From: an uncultured bacterium
GTDB lineage: Bacteria > Oederibacteriota > Oederibacteriia > Oederibacteriales > Oederibacteriaceae
Direction of reading: 5' to 3'
DNA: 64,000 nucleotides
NCBI GenBank assembly: GCA_965112635.1
Contig: OZ218778.1
Location: 2,496,001-2,560,000, forward strand
Positions 8,621 through 17,297 of this stretch are shown here, piece by piece (positions within the stretch are counted from its first letter, which is position 1; each line of letters begins with the position of its first letter). The position numbers and the translations under genes were made by a program. The notes below the pieces were generated by a model, which made no database searches, had not been told where the DNA came from, and saw only the letters and a list, made by a program, of their open reading frames with translations.

Positions 8621-9625
8621 TTACTGAGGTAAAGTGGCTGGAGCGGGCGTTACCCCGTTGGCAGGGATGACAGGCGCTTGCCCTAATTCATCAATGATCT
8701 TTTTGACGGCATCCAAATATGCGGCCTCATTGGAGGGATATTGGATGTCTTCTTTTTTTATCTCGAACTGGCCGGGATCTGCTGTCTTGACAGGTACGTT
8801 GGTCGCGTCATCCCACTTGAATTTGACCTGGTCCCGCCAGACGATGAGGCAATTTTTGATCCCATCGGTGTCCTCGCAAAGCCATAACCAGTAGAGCAGG
8901 CCCGGTCGATTGATCTCATAGGTGGCGAATTCCCCGCCGCCGAAAATTAGCCCTTTTAATCCCAAAACAACGTACTTTCCGGCAAAGTCGGTTTTCTTGG
9001 GGTTATCCTCCTCCATGGAAAGGCGCGGCCTCGCGCCCCATGCCTCCTGCCCGACCACTCCATTCAAGAACGGCTTGAGGTCTTCCTCGAATCCCTGATA
9101 AGCATAGGGCGATCTCCTGCCGAACTGGACAAAAAGTTCCTGGAGCCTTTCGGCCGCCATCATGGCTTCGGCCTCAGGGTGGTCCTGGACAAAATCAACG
9201 ATATTGACCTTTGTCGGGTCATCCGTGATGCCGCAATCAGGGCCGTACTTGATCAAAATATCCTTGTCGATGCCCAGTTCCCAGCCGTTCTCGGTCTTAT
9301 GATGTGACAAAAGAAGATGCTTCTGGGGCCACTGCATGGCCCACAGGTCCGCCAGCTCGACCAGCGGCGCCTTGCCCTGGGCATAAAGTTTTTTCAAACC
9401 TTCCTGGCAGGCATCCAGCTCATCCTGCTTGTCGGCGACCTTATATTCCCCGTAGTCCAAATTTATGAATTTCTTGATCATGACCGCGAACATGGAGTGC
9501 TGCTTGTCCAGTTTGTCCAGAACTTCCTGGGGAACAGAATCCTGCGCCCTGGCCACCCCAAAACCGCTGAAAAAAATGACCGCGGCAAGGACCGCCATAA
9601 AGCTCCACTTGCCTATTCTTCCCAT
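8621..9625 (-). CDS. Secreted protein of unknown function (paralogue A)
   Basis: Signal peptide (ARA-Q); GAGGAGG RBS; paralogue of 9705-10718 along its length. Confidence 0.8.
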   Translation of the reverse strand: MGRIGKWSFMAVLAAVIFFSGFGVARAQDSVPQEVLDKLDKQHSMFAVMIKKFINLDYGEYKVADKQDELDACQEGLKKLYAQGKAPLVELADLWAMQWPQKHLLLSHHKTENGWELGIDKDILIKYGPDCGITDDPTKVNIVDFVQDHPEAEAMMAAERLQELFVQFGRRSPYAYQGFEEDLKPFLNGVVGQEAWGARPRLSMEEDNPKKTDFAGKYVVLGLKGLIFGGGEFATYEINRPGLLYWLWLCEDTDGIKNCLIVWRDQVKFKWDDATNVPVKTADPGQFEIKKEDIQYPSNEAAYLDAVKKIIDELGQAPVIPANGVTPAPATLPQ

Positions 9626-9704
9626 AAAGATACCTCCTCATTCAGAATACAATGCCTTTTTTTGGACCAAGCCGCTGACCCTACTATGGCAAATTATAGA
9701 ACTT

Positions 9705-10718
9705 TCACTGTGAAATGACAGGGGTAGCTGCGGCCTGGCTCGCGGGCGCTTGCCCTGATCCATCGATGATCCCTTTGACGACCTCCAGGAATTCCCCTTC
9801 GCTCATCGGATATTTTATGTCCTCTTTTTTGATCTCGTACTGGCCGGGCTCCTGGGTCGAAACAGGTATTTTTTTATCGTTATTCCACACCCACTTGGCC
9901 TGATTGCGCCAAACCGCAAGGGCGTCCTTTATTCCTTCCTTGTCATCGCTGACCCACAGCCAATACAGTATCCCGGGCTGGACGATCTCGTATTCCTGCG
10001 ACCTGTTCCCCTTACCCATCCCCATTCTAGCGGCAGTCCCGAACAGTTGGTCTGGGCGGCCCAGCAACAGCTGCTTGGCGTAGAAACCAGTAAAATTCGT
10101 TTTACGGGTCTCTTTATTGGTCACGGCTACATCATCCCAGGCTCCCTGTGCGGTTTCCCCGTTTAAAAAAGGTCTTAATTTAAACTTGTATCCCTGCAAC
10201 GCGTAAGGCGACCGCTTCCCGAATGTCGAGTAAAGGTCCTGCAATTTTTCCGCGGCCAGCATGGCTTCGCTCTCCGGGTGGTCCTGCAGATAATTTCCCA
10301 TTTCCACTGACGACCAATCGGCTTTGAAGCCGCAGTCGGACCCGTACTTCATCAATAATTCCTTGTCAGCTCTCGCTTCCAGGCCGTCCTCCCCTTTTTT
10401 AACATGCATAAGGATATGGGGGACGCTCCATTGCAACGCCCACAGGTCAGCCAGTTCCACCAGAGGCGCCCTGCCTTGTTCATAAAGCTTTTTCAGCCCG
10501 TCATGGCACGCATCCAGTTCCGCTTGTTTGTTGGCAGGCTTGTAATCACCGGTCGTTCGGCTGAGAAATCGGTTCAAGCGCACGCCGATTTCTGAGTACT
10601 GCTTTTCCAGCTTGTCCAAAGTCTCCTGGGGCACGGCCTCCTGCGCCCCGACCTGGCGGGCACTGCCCAGGAATAAGATCAATAAAATAACCTGCATAAA
10701 GCCCCAAACTTTTTTCAT
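9705..10718 (-). CDS. Secreted protein of unknown function (paralogue B)
   Basis: Signal peptide (VGA-Q); shares APLVELADLWA, DHPExEAM, RSPYA, LYWLW and EIKKEDI with paralogue A. Confidence 0.8.
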   Translation of the reverse strand: MKKVWGFMQVILLILFLGSARQVGAQEAVPQETLDKLEKQYSEIGVRLNRFLSRTTGDYKPANKQAELDACHDGLKKLYEQGRAPLVELADLWALQWSVPHILMHVKKGEDGLEARADKELLMKYGSDCGFKADWSSVEMGNYLQDHPESEAMLAAEKLQDLYSTFGKRSPYALQGYKFKLRPFLNGETAQGAWDDVAVTNKETRKTNFTGFYAKQLLLGRPDQLFGTAARMGMGKGNRSQEYEIVQPGILYWLWVSDDKEGIKDALAVWRNQAKWVWNNDKKIPVSTQEPGQYEIKKEDIKYPMSEGEFLEVVKGIIDGSGQAPASQAAATPVISQ

Positions 10719-10779
10719 TTAGTCTCCCCTCAAATTTTTAATTTAAACACTAACCACGAGGCTAAGCAACACCTTTTGC

Positions 10780-11463
10780 TCAATCATGCTGCAAAGAGCG
10801 CCATAAGGCCTCGTCAAAGAGCGCGCTGCGGTTGGGGCAGACCTCCCTGTGGCACACCTGGCAGGTGCGAAAGTCCCGTTCTGCCGGGAACCTGATGCCG
10901 GAAATTGTTTTGTTGGGGACCATCAAAAACGAATCGGTCAGCACCACCCCAATAAGCTTGGTCACGCCATCCAGCAAGCTAAAAAGTTCTTTTTGCTGTT
11001 GGATGGGCCAGACATCGGCGTCCCCCGAACCTGGCGCCATAGCCGAGGACCGGTCGATCAAATACCTCCCTTGCAGGTGTTCCACAAAGTAAGCGATGCC
11101 GGTCCGCAAAAGCGCTTCTTTGAGAGTGTCCCACCAGTACTCCCGGAGCAGATCATCGTTGGAAAACGGCTTTTTTTCCATTTCCATGCCGCAGGTGCAC
11201 ACAAAGGGAAAAACCCGGTCTATGTTGCCCGTGTTGACCCGCAGGGTCCTGCTGGTAAAAGTAATGCCCTCAATGATTATGGTCTCTTCCCCTTTGACCT
11301 CGATGAAACAGTCCTTATAGAGCACCTTGGGGGAGGCAATACCCCTGGCCTTTTCCACAAGTTCTTTAAAATCATGGCCATCAGCCGAATCAGGTTCCAC
11401 GCGGACCTTTTTCATCAGCTCGGCCAAGTTAAAAGCAAAAGGAATCTTATTGAGAATTTCCAT
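10780..11463 (-). CDS. Stand-alone B12-dependent methionine synthase activation-domain-like protein
   Basis: FVCTCG, MAPGS...WPIQQQKELF...IGVVLTDSFLMVPNKTISG; C-terminal CQVCHREVCPNR. Confidence 0.75.
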   Translation of the reverse strand: MEILNKIPFAFNLAELMKKVRVEPDSADGHDFKELVEKARGIASPKVLYKDCFIEVKGEETIIIEGITFTSRTLRVNTGNIDRVFPFVCTCGMEMEKKPFSNDDLLREYWWDTLKEALLRTGIAYFVEHLQGRYLIDRSSAMAPGSGDADVWPIQQQKELFSLLDGVTKLIGVVLTDSFLMVPNKTISGIRFPAERDFRTCQVCHREVCPNRSALFDEALWRSLQHD

Positions 11464-11560
11464 TGCTCCCCCTAAAATTCATCGATCTTTAATAACATTT
11501 TAACCTTAATAACTTGGTCTTTAGAAGAATAATCTTGGGAGGCAAAAATCGTAAGATTGG

Positions 11561-12661
11561 TTAGACAGCGCTGGAAGAGGCTGCCTGGGCGGCGTAGTAT
11601 TCCTGCATCAAAGTGCTTATCAGTTCCTTGACGCTGATGATCTTGGTGGCGCGATAGGCGTTCTGGCCGGCAAAAGCGAACCCGAGGTCCATTTTTCCCA
11701 ATTTAGCGTTGAGCAGGGCCAGGGCAATGCAGTAGGGGCTGTTTTTATAGTCGCAGGTAATGATGCAGTGATAGGGACACTGGAACGGTATCTTTTCTCC
11801 GCGGCTGACCGCCTGCAGAAATTTATTTGTGATGGCCCGGCCCGGCATACCCACCGGGCTTTTGATGATAACAATATCCTCGAGCTTGGCGTCGAGGTAC
11901 ATTTGTTTGAACTCATCCGAGGCATCGCACTCAAAAGTGGTGACAAAACGGGTGCCCATCTGCACCCCCGCGGCGCCCAGTTTGATAAATTTAAGGATAT
12001 CGGCGCCGGTGTAGATGCCTCCCCCGCAAATGACCGGGATCTGCTTTTGGCAGTCCTGCTCTATGCTTTTGACCGCTTGCAGGACCTCCGGGACGATCTT
12101 TTCCAGCTGATAGGCCGGGTCATTGATCTGTTCCACGCTGAACCCCAGGTGGCCTCCGGCCAAAGGCCCTTCCACGACCACGGCATCCGGAACATAGTTA
12201 TAACTCGACTTCCATTTTTTAGCGATTATCCGGATGGCCCTGGCCGAGGAAACAATGGGGACCAGCTTGGTTTTGCACCCTGGCTTTAAATAACCGGGGA
12301 GTTTTAAGGGCAGCCCGGCTCCGGAAAAAATAATATCCGCCCCTGCTTCCATGGCCGTGGAGGCCAGGTCGCCGAAATTGGTCATTGCGACCAGGATATT
12401 GACCCCGATGATCCCCTTGGTCAAAGTACGGGCTTTTTTGATCTCCCTGACCAGGACCCGTGCGTTCGCTCCCGGGTAATCCCTATATCCGTCAGGCTCA
12501 AACAAACCAAGCCCTGCCGTGGACATCACACCGATACCGCCTTCATTGGCCACGGCTGAAGCCAGTCCGGACGAAGAAACACCGACACCCATCCCCCCCT
12601 GTATAATAGGAATAGGTGCGGTTAAATCCCCTATCTTTAATGGTTTAATTTTTTGCGCCAA
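11561..12661 (-). CDS. Nitronate monooxygenase / FabK-FabX-family flavoprotein
   Basis: PIIQGGMGVG, EGPLAGGHLG, GVQMGTRF, SPVGMPGRA, Cys motif CPYHCIITC...YC. Start moved to TTG at 12661 (AGGAG RBS). Confidence 0.85.
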   Translation of the reverse strand: MAQKIKPLKIGDLTAPIPIIQGGMGVGVSSSGLASAVANEGGIGVMSTAGLGLFEPDGYRDYPGANARVLVREIKKARTLTKGIIGVNILVAMTNFGDLASTAMEAGADIIFSGAGLPLKLPGYLKPGCKTKLVPIVSSARAIRIIAKKWKSSYNYVPDAVVVEGPLAGGHLGFSVEQINDPAYQLEKIVPEVLQAVKSIEQDCQKQIPVICGGGIYTGADILKFIKLGAAGVQMGTRFVTTFECDASDEFKQMYLDAKLEDIVIIKSPVGMPGRAITNKFLQAVSRGEKIPFQCPYHCIITCDYKNSPYCIALALLNAKLGKMDLGFAFAGQNAYRATKIISVKELISTLMQEYYAAQAASSSAV

Positions 12662-12752
12662 ACGAGTCTCCTGCAAGCTGTTTTCGCCTCCTATTATACA
12701 ATACAATAAATAGATTTCACTTATAGATTAACCATAATATTCACCAAAAGTC

Positions 12753-12782
12753 TTGACAGGTAAGAACCCGTCCTCCTACAAT
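12753..12782 (+). promoter_or_regulatory. Sigma70-type promoter of the first S-component gene
   Basis: TTGACA (12753)-18 bp-TACAAT (12777-12782). Confidence 0.55.
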
Positions 12783-12815
12783 TCTCACAGTTTCTACCAA
12801 AAGGGGGAGCGAGCC

Positions 12816-13736
12816 ATGTTCAAGGAACTTGTGACCATGTGGAAAAATACCCGGATGGTGGTGTTGACCGCCATTTGCGCCGCCCTTTATGCCGCTATCC
12901 TGATCCCTTTTAACCTGTTCCTGGTCATCCCCGGAGTAGCCCACGTCCGGCCCGCTAACGCCATCCCCATCGTCGTCTCCCTCCTGTTCGGCCCGGCCGG
13001 CGCCTGGGGCTCGGCCTTCGGCAACTTGATCGGGGATTTTTTCGGTTCTTTGAGCCTGGCCAGTTTTTTTGGGTTTGCGGGCAATCTTTTTTATGGAATG
13101 ATCCCTTATAAAATGTGGCGCTTTTTATGCCGGGAATATCCCACTCTTAGATCGGTCAAACAGGCTGTTGTTTATTTCTTCTGCCTTATCGTCGCCAGTG
13201 TGGCCTGCGCTGATATCATCGGCTGGGGCATGGATTGTCTCAAATTCTCCCCCTTCATCATCAAGGCCAACGCCATTGTGATCAACAACGGAGCCATCTC
13301 CCTGGTCTTGGGCACCATCTTGCTGCTGGTCATCCACCCACGCATTAAAAGCTGGGGGCTCTATTATGAGGAGATCATGGGACATGTGTACCGCCCTCAC
13401 CTCATTGTGGGATGGCTGGGGATCGTTCTGGTCACTATGGGCAGCTTGGGTGGGCTTTGGGTGGGTAATTCAATCTCCTTTAAGGATTTTAAATCCGGCG
13501 GATCAGGGTTCACCAGTTTAACCAATATTTCTGGCTCAACAGCTCAGGCAACGCCCACGGCTCCAGCATCCCGTCCCGCGCCCTCCAAGCATTTGGGTAA
13601 AACCGCTTCGCTCTCTGCTCCTGGAGCAACGACCATTAACGCCACCCCTGTGGTTAGGCCCAAAGGTTCTAAAACATTGGACATAGCCCTCATTCCTTTT
13701 ATCCTAATGATCATAACTGGCGCGCTTTTGCTTTAA
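12816..13736 (+). CDS. ECF transporter S component, QueT-like (copy 1)
   Basis: MWKNTRMVVLTAICAALYAA...RPANAIP...LFGPAGAWGSAFGNLIGD; start MFKELV after GGGGGAG. Confidence 0.8.
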   Translation: MFKELVTMWKNTRMVVLTAICAALYAAILIPFNLFLVIPGVAHVRPANAIPIVVSLLFGPAGAWGSAFGNLIGDFFGSLSLASFFGFAGNLFYGMIPYKMWRFLCREYPTLRSVKQAVVYFFCLIVASVACADIIGWGMDCLKFSPFIIKANAIVINNGAISLVLGTILLLVIHPRIKSWGLYYEEIMGHVYRPHLIVGWLGIVLVTMGSLGGLWVGNSISFKDFKSGGSGFTSLTNISGSTAQATPTAPASRPAPSKHLGKTASLSAPGATTINATPVVRPKGSKTLDIALIPFILMIITGALLL

Positions 13737-13759
13737 GGCCCAATTCTAGCGCCGCGATG

Positions 13760-13788
13760 TTGACACTCCCTGTTAACCTCACTACAAT
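13760..13788 (+). promoter_or_regulatory. Sigma70-type promoter of the ECF operon
   Basis: TTGACA (13760)-17 bp-TACAAT (13783-13788). Confidence 0.65.
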
Positions 13789-13789
13789 A

Positions 13790-13914
13790 AACAAGTTGCT
13801 ATCATATTTAAAAATGATCCTTTAGCAGCTTGTTACACGAGCTCAAGCTCGCATACTTGAGCACGCCGCAACTCCGGAGGGAGATGCGGTGTTTTAATAT
13901 CAATAGGATGGGAG
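13790..13914 (+). ncRNA. Candidate structured leader (riboswitch or attenuator) upstream of the QueT-like ECF operon
   Basis: Three consecutive stems: 13790-13801/13823-13834 (12 bp, one GU); 13841-13847/13856-13862; 13863-13875/13880-13892 followed by U residues. No known family recognised with certainty. Confidence 0.4.
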
Positions 13915-13919
13915 ATTTC

Positions 13920-14825
13920 ATGCTCAGAGACCTGTTCGGCATGTGGAAAAACACCCGCATGGTGGTATTGACCGCTATTTGCGCCGCCCTTTATGCGGCT
14001 GTGCTCATACCCTTTAAGCTTTTTCCGATCGTCCCCGGTTTCACGGAAATACGGCCGGCCAACGCCATCCCCATCGTCGTCTCCCTCCTGTTCGGCCCGG
14101 CCGGCGCCTGGGGCACGGCCATCGGCAACCTCATCGGCGATTTTTTCGGCACCCTGAGCCTGGCCAGTTTTTTCGGTTTTGTGGGCAACCTGCTCTACGG
14201 CCTGGTTCCCTACAAGCTCTGGCAGGTCCTTTGCTCCGACTATCCTGACCTCAAAACAGCCAAGCATGTGGTGGTCTTCGTACTGGCTGCCCTTTGTTCC
14301 AGCGCGGCCTGCGGCACTTTCATCGGCTGGGGCATCGACTGGCTCAATTTCGCGCCCTTTGCTTTTTTGGCCAACATCATTTTTTTTAACAACCTCATCA
14401 TCACCCTCATCCTCAGCCCCATTCTGCTCATGGTCCTCAGCCCCCGCATCAAAGCCTGGGGCCTCTATTATGAGGAAGTCCTTCCCCCGGCCAAGCCCCT
14501 CCCCCCGGTTAACCGCTTACTGGGTATCTTGCTGGTTGTTTTCGGCACTCTGGGAAGCATGTATCTGGGCAATTATCAAACCATCCAGTCTTTTTTGAAC
14601 AAAGGCCAGGCCGTCATGCCCGCTAAAACAGCAACAGCAGTGACACCAACCATGATGCCTCCTGCTAAAAAGTCATCTGTGTCCGCAAAAAAGGCCGCGG
14701 CCCCGGTTTCCCTTTCCCCAACAGCAACAACGCTCCCAGAACCAGGCCCCAAAGGTTCTTTGGCCCTGGATAAAGCCCTCTTCCCTTATATCCTGGCGAC
14801 CTTTTGCGGGCTCATCCTGTTGTGA
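13920..14825 (+). CDS. ECF transporter S component, QueT-like (copy 2)
   Basis: Paralogue of 12816-13736; start MLRDLF after GGGAG; heads an S-AA'-T operon. Confidence 0.82.
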   Translation: MLRDLFGMWKNTRMVVLTAICAALYAAVLIPFKLFPIVPGFTEIRPANAIPIVVSLLFGPAGAWGTAIGNLIGDFFGTLSLASFFGFVGNLLYGLVPYKLWQVLCSDYPDLKTAKHVVVFVLAALCSSAACGTFIGWGIDWLNFAPFAFLANIIFFNNLIITLILSPILLMVLSPRIKAWGLYYEEVLPPAKPLPPVNRLLGILLVVFGTLGSMYLGNYQTIQSFLNKGQAVMPAKTATAVTPTMMPPAKKSSVSAKKAAAPVSLSPTATTLPEPGPKGSLALDKALFPYILATFCGLILL

Positions 14826-14836
14826 ACGGCTGACCC

Positions 14837-16519
14837 ATGGACGCTTTTTCTCTGGATAACATAAATTTTACTTACCAAAAAAGCACTGACCCGGCCCTTA
14901 AAAACATCAACCTGGTTGCTCCGGAAAAGACCTTGAGCGTCCTGATGGGCCCCAACGGCGCGGGCAAATCCACCCTGTGCCAGCTTTTGAACGGCATCAT
15001 CCCGCACTTCCGCAAAGGCCAGCTCCAGGGCAGCCTGGCCGTCCTCGGCCAAGCTGGCGGCAAAAAACCCAACGAGCTCTTTAACCGCGTCGGCATGATC
15101 TTCCAAGATTTTGAAACCCAGCTCTTTTCCACGACCGTGGAGCTGGAAATAGCGTTCGGCCTGGAAAACCTGGGCCTGTCCGTGAGCGAAATTGACCGGC
15201 GCATCAAGGTCTATCTGGATCTGGTCGGCCTGTCCGGAATGGAAAAACGCGAACCCGCGACCCTTTCCGGCGGCGAAAAGCAGCGCCTGGCCCTGGCCGC
15301 GGTCCTGGCCATGGAGCCTGAACTCCTCATCCTGGACGAACCCACCACGGACCTGGACCCCCTGGGCAAAAAGGACATTTTGAACCTGGCCAAAAAGCTC
15401 CAAAGCGAACAAAAATCCGCCATCCTCATGGTGGAGCATGACTTCCAGGAAATGCAATCTGCCGGCCAGTGGATCGTCCTGTCCCAGGGTGAGATCAAAA
15501 AGTCGGGCAAACCCGGCGAACTCCTGAAAGACATGGCTCTTTTTTCGGATAACGCCCTGCAGGCGCCCCAGCTCCCCCACCTCTTTTCCAAGCTGGGCCT
15601 GTCTCCTTTGCCGGAAAATATAGAACAGGCCAAAACCGGCCTGGCCAAAGCCGGCTATACTTTTTCCAAACAAAAGTTCGCCTCTATGGTCAGCCAAAAG
15701 AACAGGCGGCCAGCCGCTGACCCGGTCATCCAGGCGGATAAAGCTTCCTTCAGCTACGACAAGCAAGGCACCGGCATCCAGGACATTTCCTTTTCCGTGC
15801 GAAAAGGCGAATTTGTGGCCATCCTCGGCCAGAACGGTTCGGGCAAGACAACCCTGGCCAAACATTTGAACGGCCTTATCCTTCCCCAATCCGGCTCCAT
15901 CAAGGTCAATGGCAAAAAAACAAGTGAGACTCCCCTGACCCAGCTCGGCCGTGTCGTGGGCTATGTGTTCCAGAACCCGGACCACCAGATATTTTCCGAT
16001 ACGGTGGCGGAGGAACTGGCTTTTGGCCCCAACAACCGGGGCATCACCGGCGACCTGCAAAAACAATACATCACCGAAGCGCTGAAGGCCGTGCATCTGG
16101 AAGGTTTTGAGCCCAAAGACCCTTTTACCCTGACCAAGGGAGAGCGTAAACGCGTGGCCATCGCCTCGGTCCTGGCCACCCGGCCCGAAGTGCTCATCTT
16201 TGACGAGCCGACCACCGGCCTGGATTTCAGCCAGCAAAAGACCATGATGCAGATGATCCAAAGCCTCAACCAGGCCGGACAGACCATCTTTATCATCACG
16301 CACTCCATGTGGGTGGCGGCCCAATACAGCGACAGGGTCATTTTGCTCAAGGACGGCCGACTGCTGGCCGACGGCCCGGCCCGGGACATCTTCAGCCAGG
16401 AGGACTTGCTGGCCAGGACCCATCTCCAAGCGCCGGACATCCTGAGCCTGAGCAACCTGTTCGGCTGTCCCTGCCTGACCCTGGAGGAAGCCTTGGAAAG
16501 CCTGGAGAAAAAACAATGA
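14837..16519 (+). CDS. ecfA: ECF transporter fused double ATPase (A-A')
   Basis: Two Walker A motifs (GPNGAGKST, GQNGSGKTT), LSGGEKQR, two DEPT motifs, FQNPDHQ. Confidence 0.92.
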   Translation: MDAFSLDNINFTYQKSTDPALKNINLVAPEKTLSVLMGPNGAGKSTLCQLLNGIIPHFRKGQLQGSLAVLGQAGGKKPNELFNRVGMIFQDFETQLFSTTVELEIAFGLENLGLSVSEIDRRIKVYLDLVGLSGMEKREPATLSGGEKQRLALAAVLAMEPELLILDEPTTDLDPLGKKDILNLAKKLQSEQKSAILMVEHDFQEMQSAGQWIVLSQGEIKKSGKPGELLKDMALFSDNALQAPQLPHLFSKLGLSPLPENIEQAKTGLAKAGYTFSKQKFASMVSQKNRRPAADPVIQADKASFSYDKQGTGIQDISFSVRKGEFVAILGQNGSGKTTLAKHLNGLILPQSGSIKVNGKKTSETPLTQLGRVVGYVFQNPDHQIFSDTVAEELAFGPNNRGITGDLQKQYITEALKAVHLEGFEPKDPFTLTKGERKRVAIASVLATRPEVLIFDEPTTGLDFSQQKTMMQMIQSLNQAGQTIFIITHSMWVAAQYSDRVILLKDGRLLADGPARDIFSQEDLLARTHLQAPDILSLSNLFGCPCLTLEEALESLEKKQ

Positions 16520-17244
16520 GACTGTTCTTATACGCCAATGAAAGGACCTTTTTGCATCGCCTGGACCCGCGGACCAAGTTCCTGGCTATGGTCATCGCCT
16601 TTATCATGATCCTGCTCTGGCGGGATATACCCTTTTTGGCCGTTTTGCTGGCCTTGGCCGTGACCGCCCTGTTGTGGGGCCGCTGCCAGGCCCAGCTCAA
16701 GCTCATGCTCCTGCCCTTGGCCGTGCTGTTCATCACCACGATCTTTATGTGGAGCGCTTTTAACCGCTTTACCTGGGCCGGCACCCTCTACGGCCTGGCC
16801 ATGTCTTTAAGGCTCGGCTTTATCCTGCTCATCGGCATCCTGCTCCTGGCCACCACCCGCCTGGAGGACATTACCAGCGCCCTGCTTTTCATGGGCGTTC
16901 CTTATACCCTGAGCTTCAGCTTCTCTTTAGCGTTGCGCCTGCTCCCCACCTTCATCAACACCACCACGACCATCATCGAAGCTCAAAAATCGCGCGGTCT
17001 GGATTTGAACTCGAAAAATCCCTGGGAAAGGGTTAAAAGGTATGTGCCTTTGCTGGTGCCCATCCTGTCCTGCGCCTTCAGGCAGGTGGATTTGCTGGCC
17101 ATGGCCCTGGAATCCCGCGGCTTCGGCGTGCCCGTGGCCAAAAAAAGCATCTATACTAAACTGGGTTTTAAGTCCGCTGACTATCTGGTGACAGGTATAA
17201 TAATAGTAGGGTTTATTGGGTTGGTTATATTGAGATGGAAGTAA
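16516..17244 (+). CDS. ecfT: ECF transporter T component
   Basis: LDPRTK, AQKSRG and ALESRGF motifs; ATGA overlap with the ATPase stop. Confidence 0.92.
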   Translation: MRLFLYANERTFLHRLDPRTKFLAMVIAFIMILLWRDIPFLAVLLALAVTALLWGRCQAQLKLMLLPLAVLFITTIFMWSAFNRFTWAGTLYGLAMSLRLGFILLIGILLLATTRLEDITSALLFMGVPYTLSFSFSLALRLLPTFINTTTTIIEAQKSRGLDLNSKNPWERVKRYVPLLVPILSCAFRQVDLLAMALESRGFGVPVAKKSIYTKLGFKSADYLVTGIIIVGFIGLVILRWK

Positions 17245-17297
17245 TCTAGCCTGACAAATACTATCAGTCGTTCCACATAACTTTTATTATCTTCCAG

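Noticed and set aside
12790-12798. GTTTCTACC, resembling the purine-riboswitch junction
   Set aside because: It lies just after the predicted TSS, with no room or pairing for the P1-P3 stems.
14786-16516. 576-aa antisense ORF, and similar long shadow ORFs at 20290-21459, 24684-25598, 26399-27280 and 35103-36248
   Set aside because: Each lies opposite a well-supported gene, has no recognisable motif, and is expected from GC-rich codon bias.
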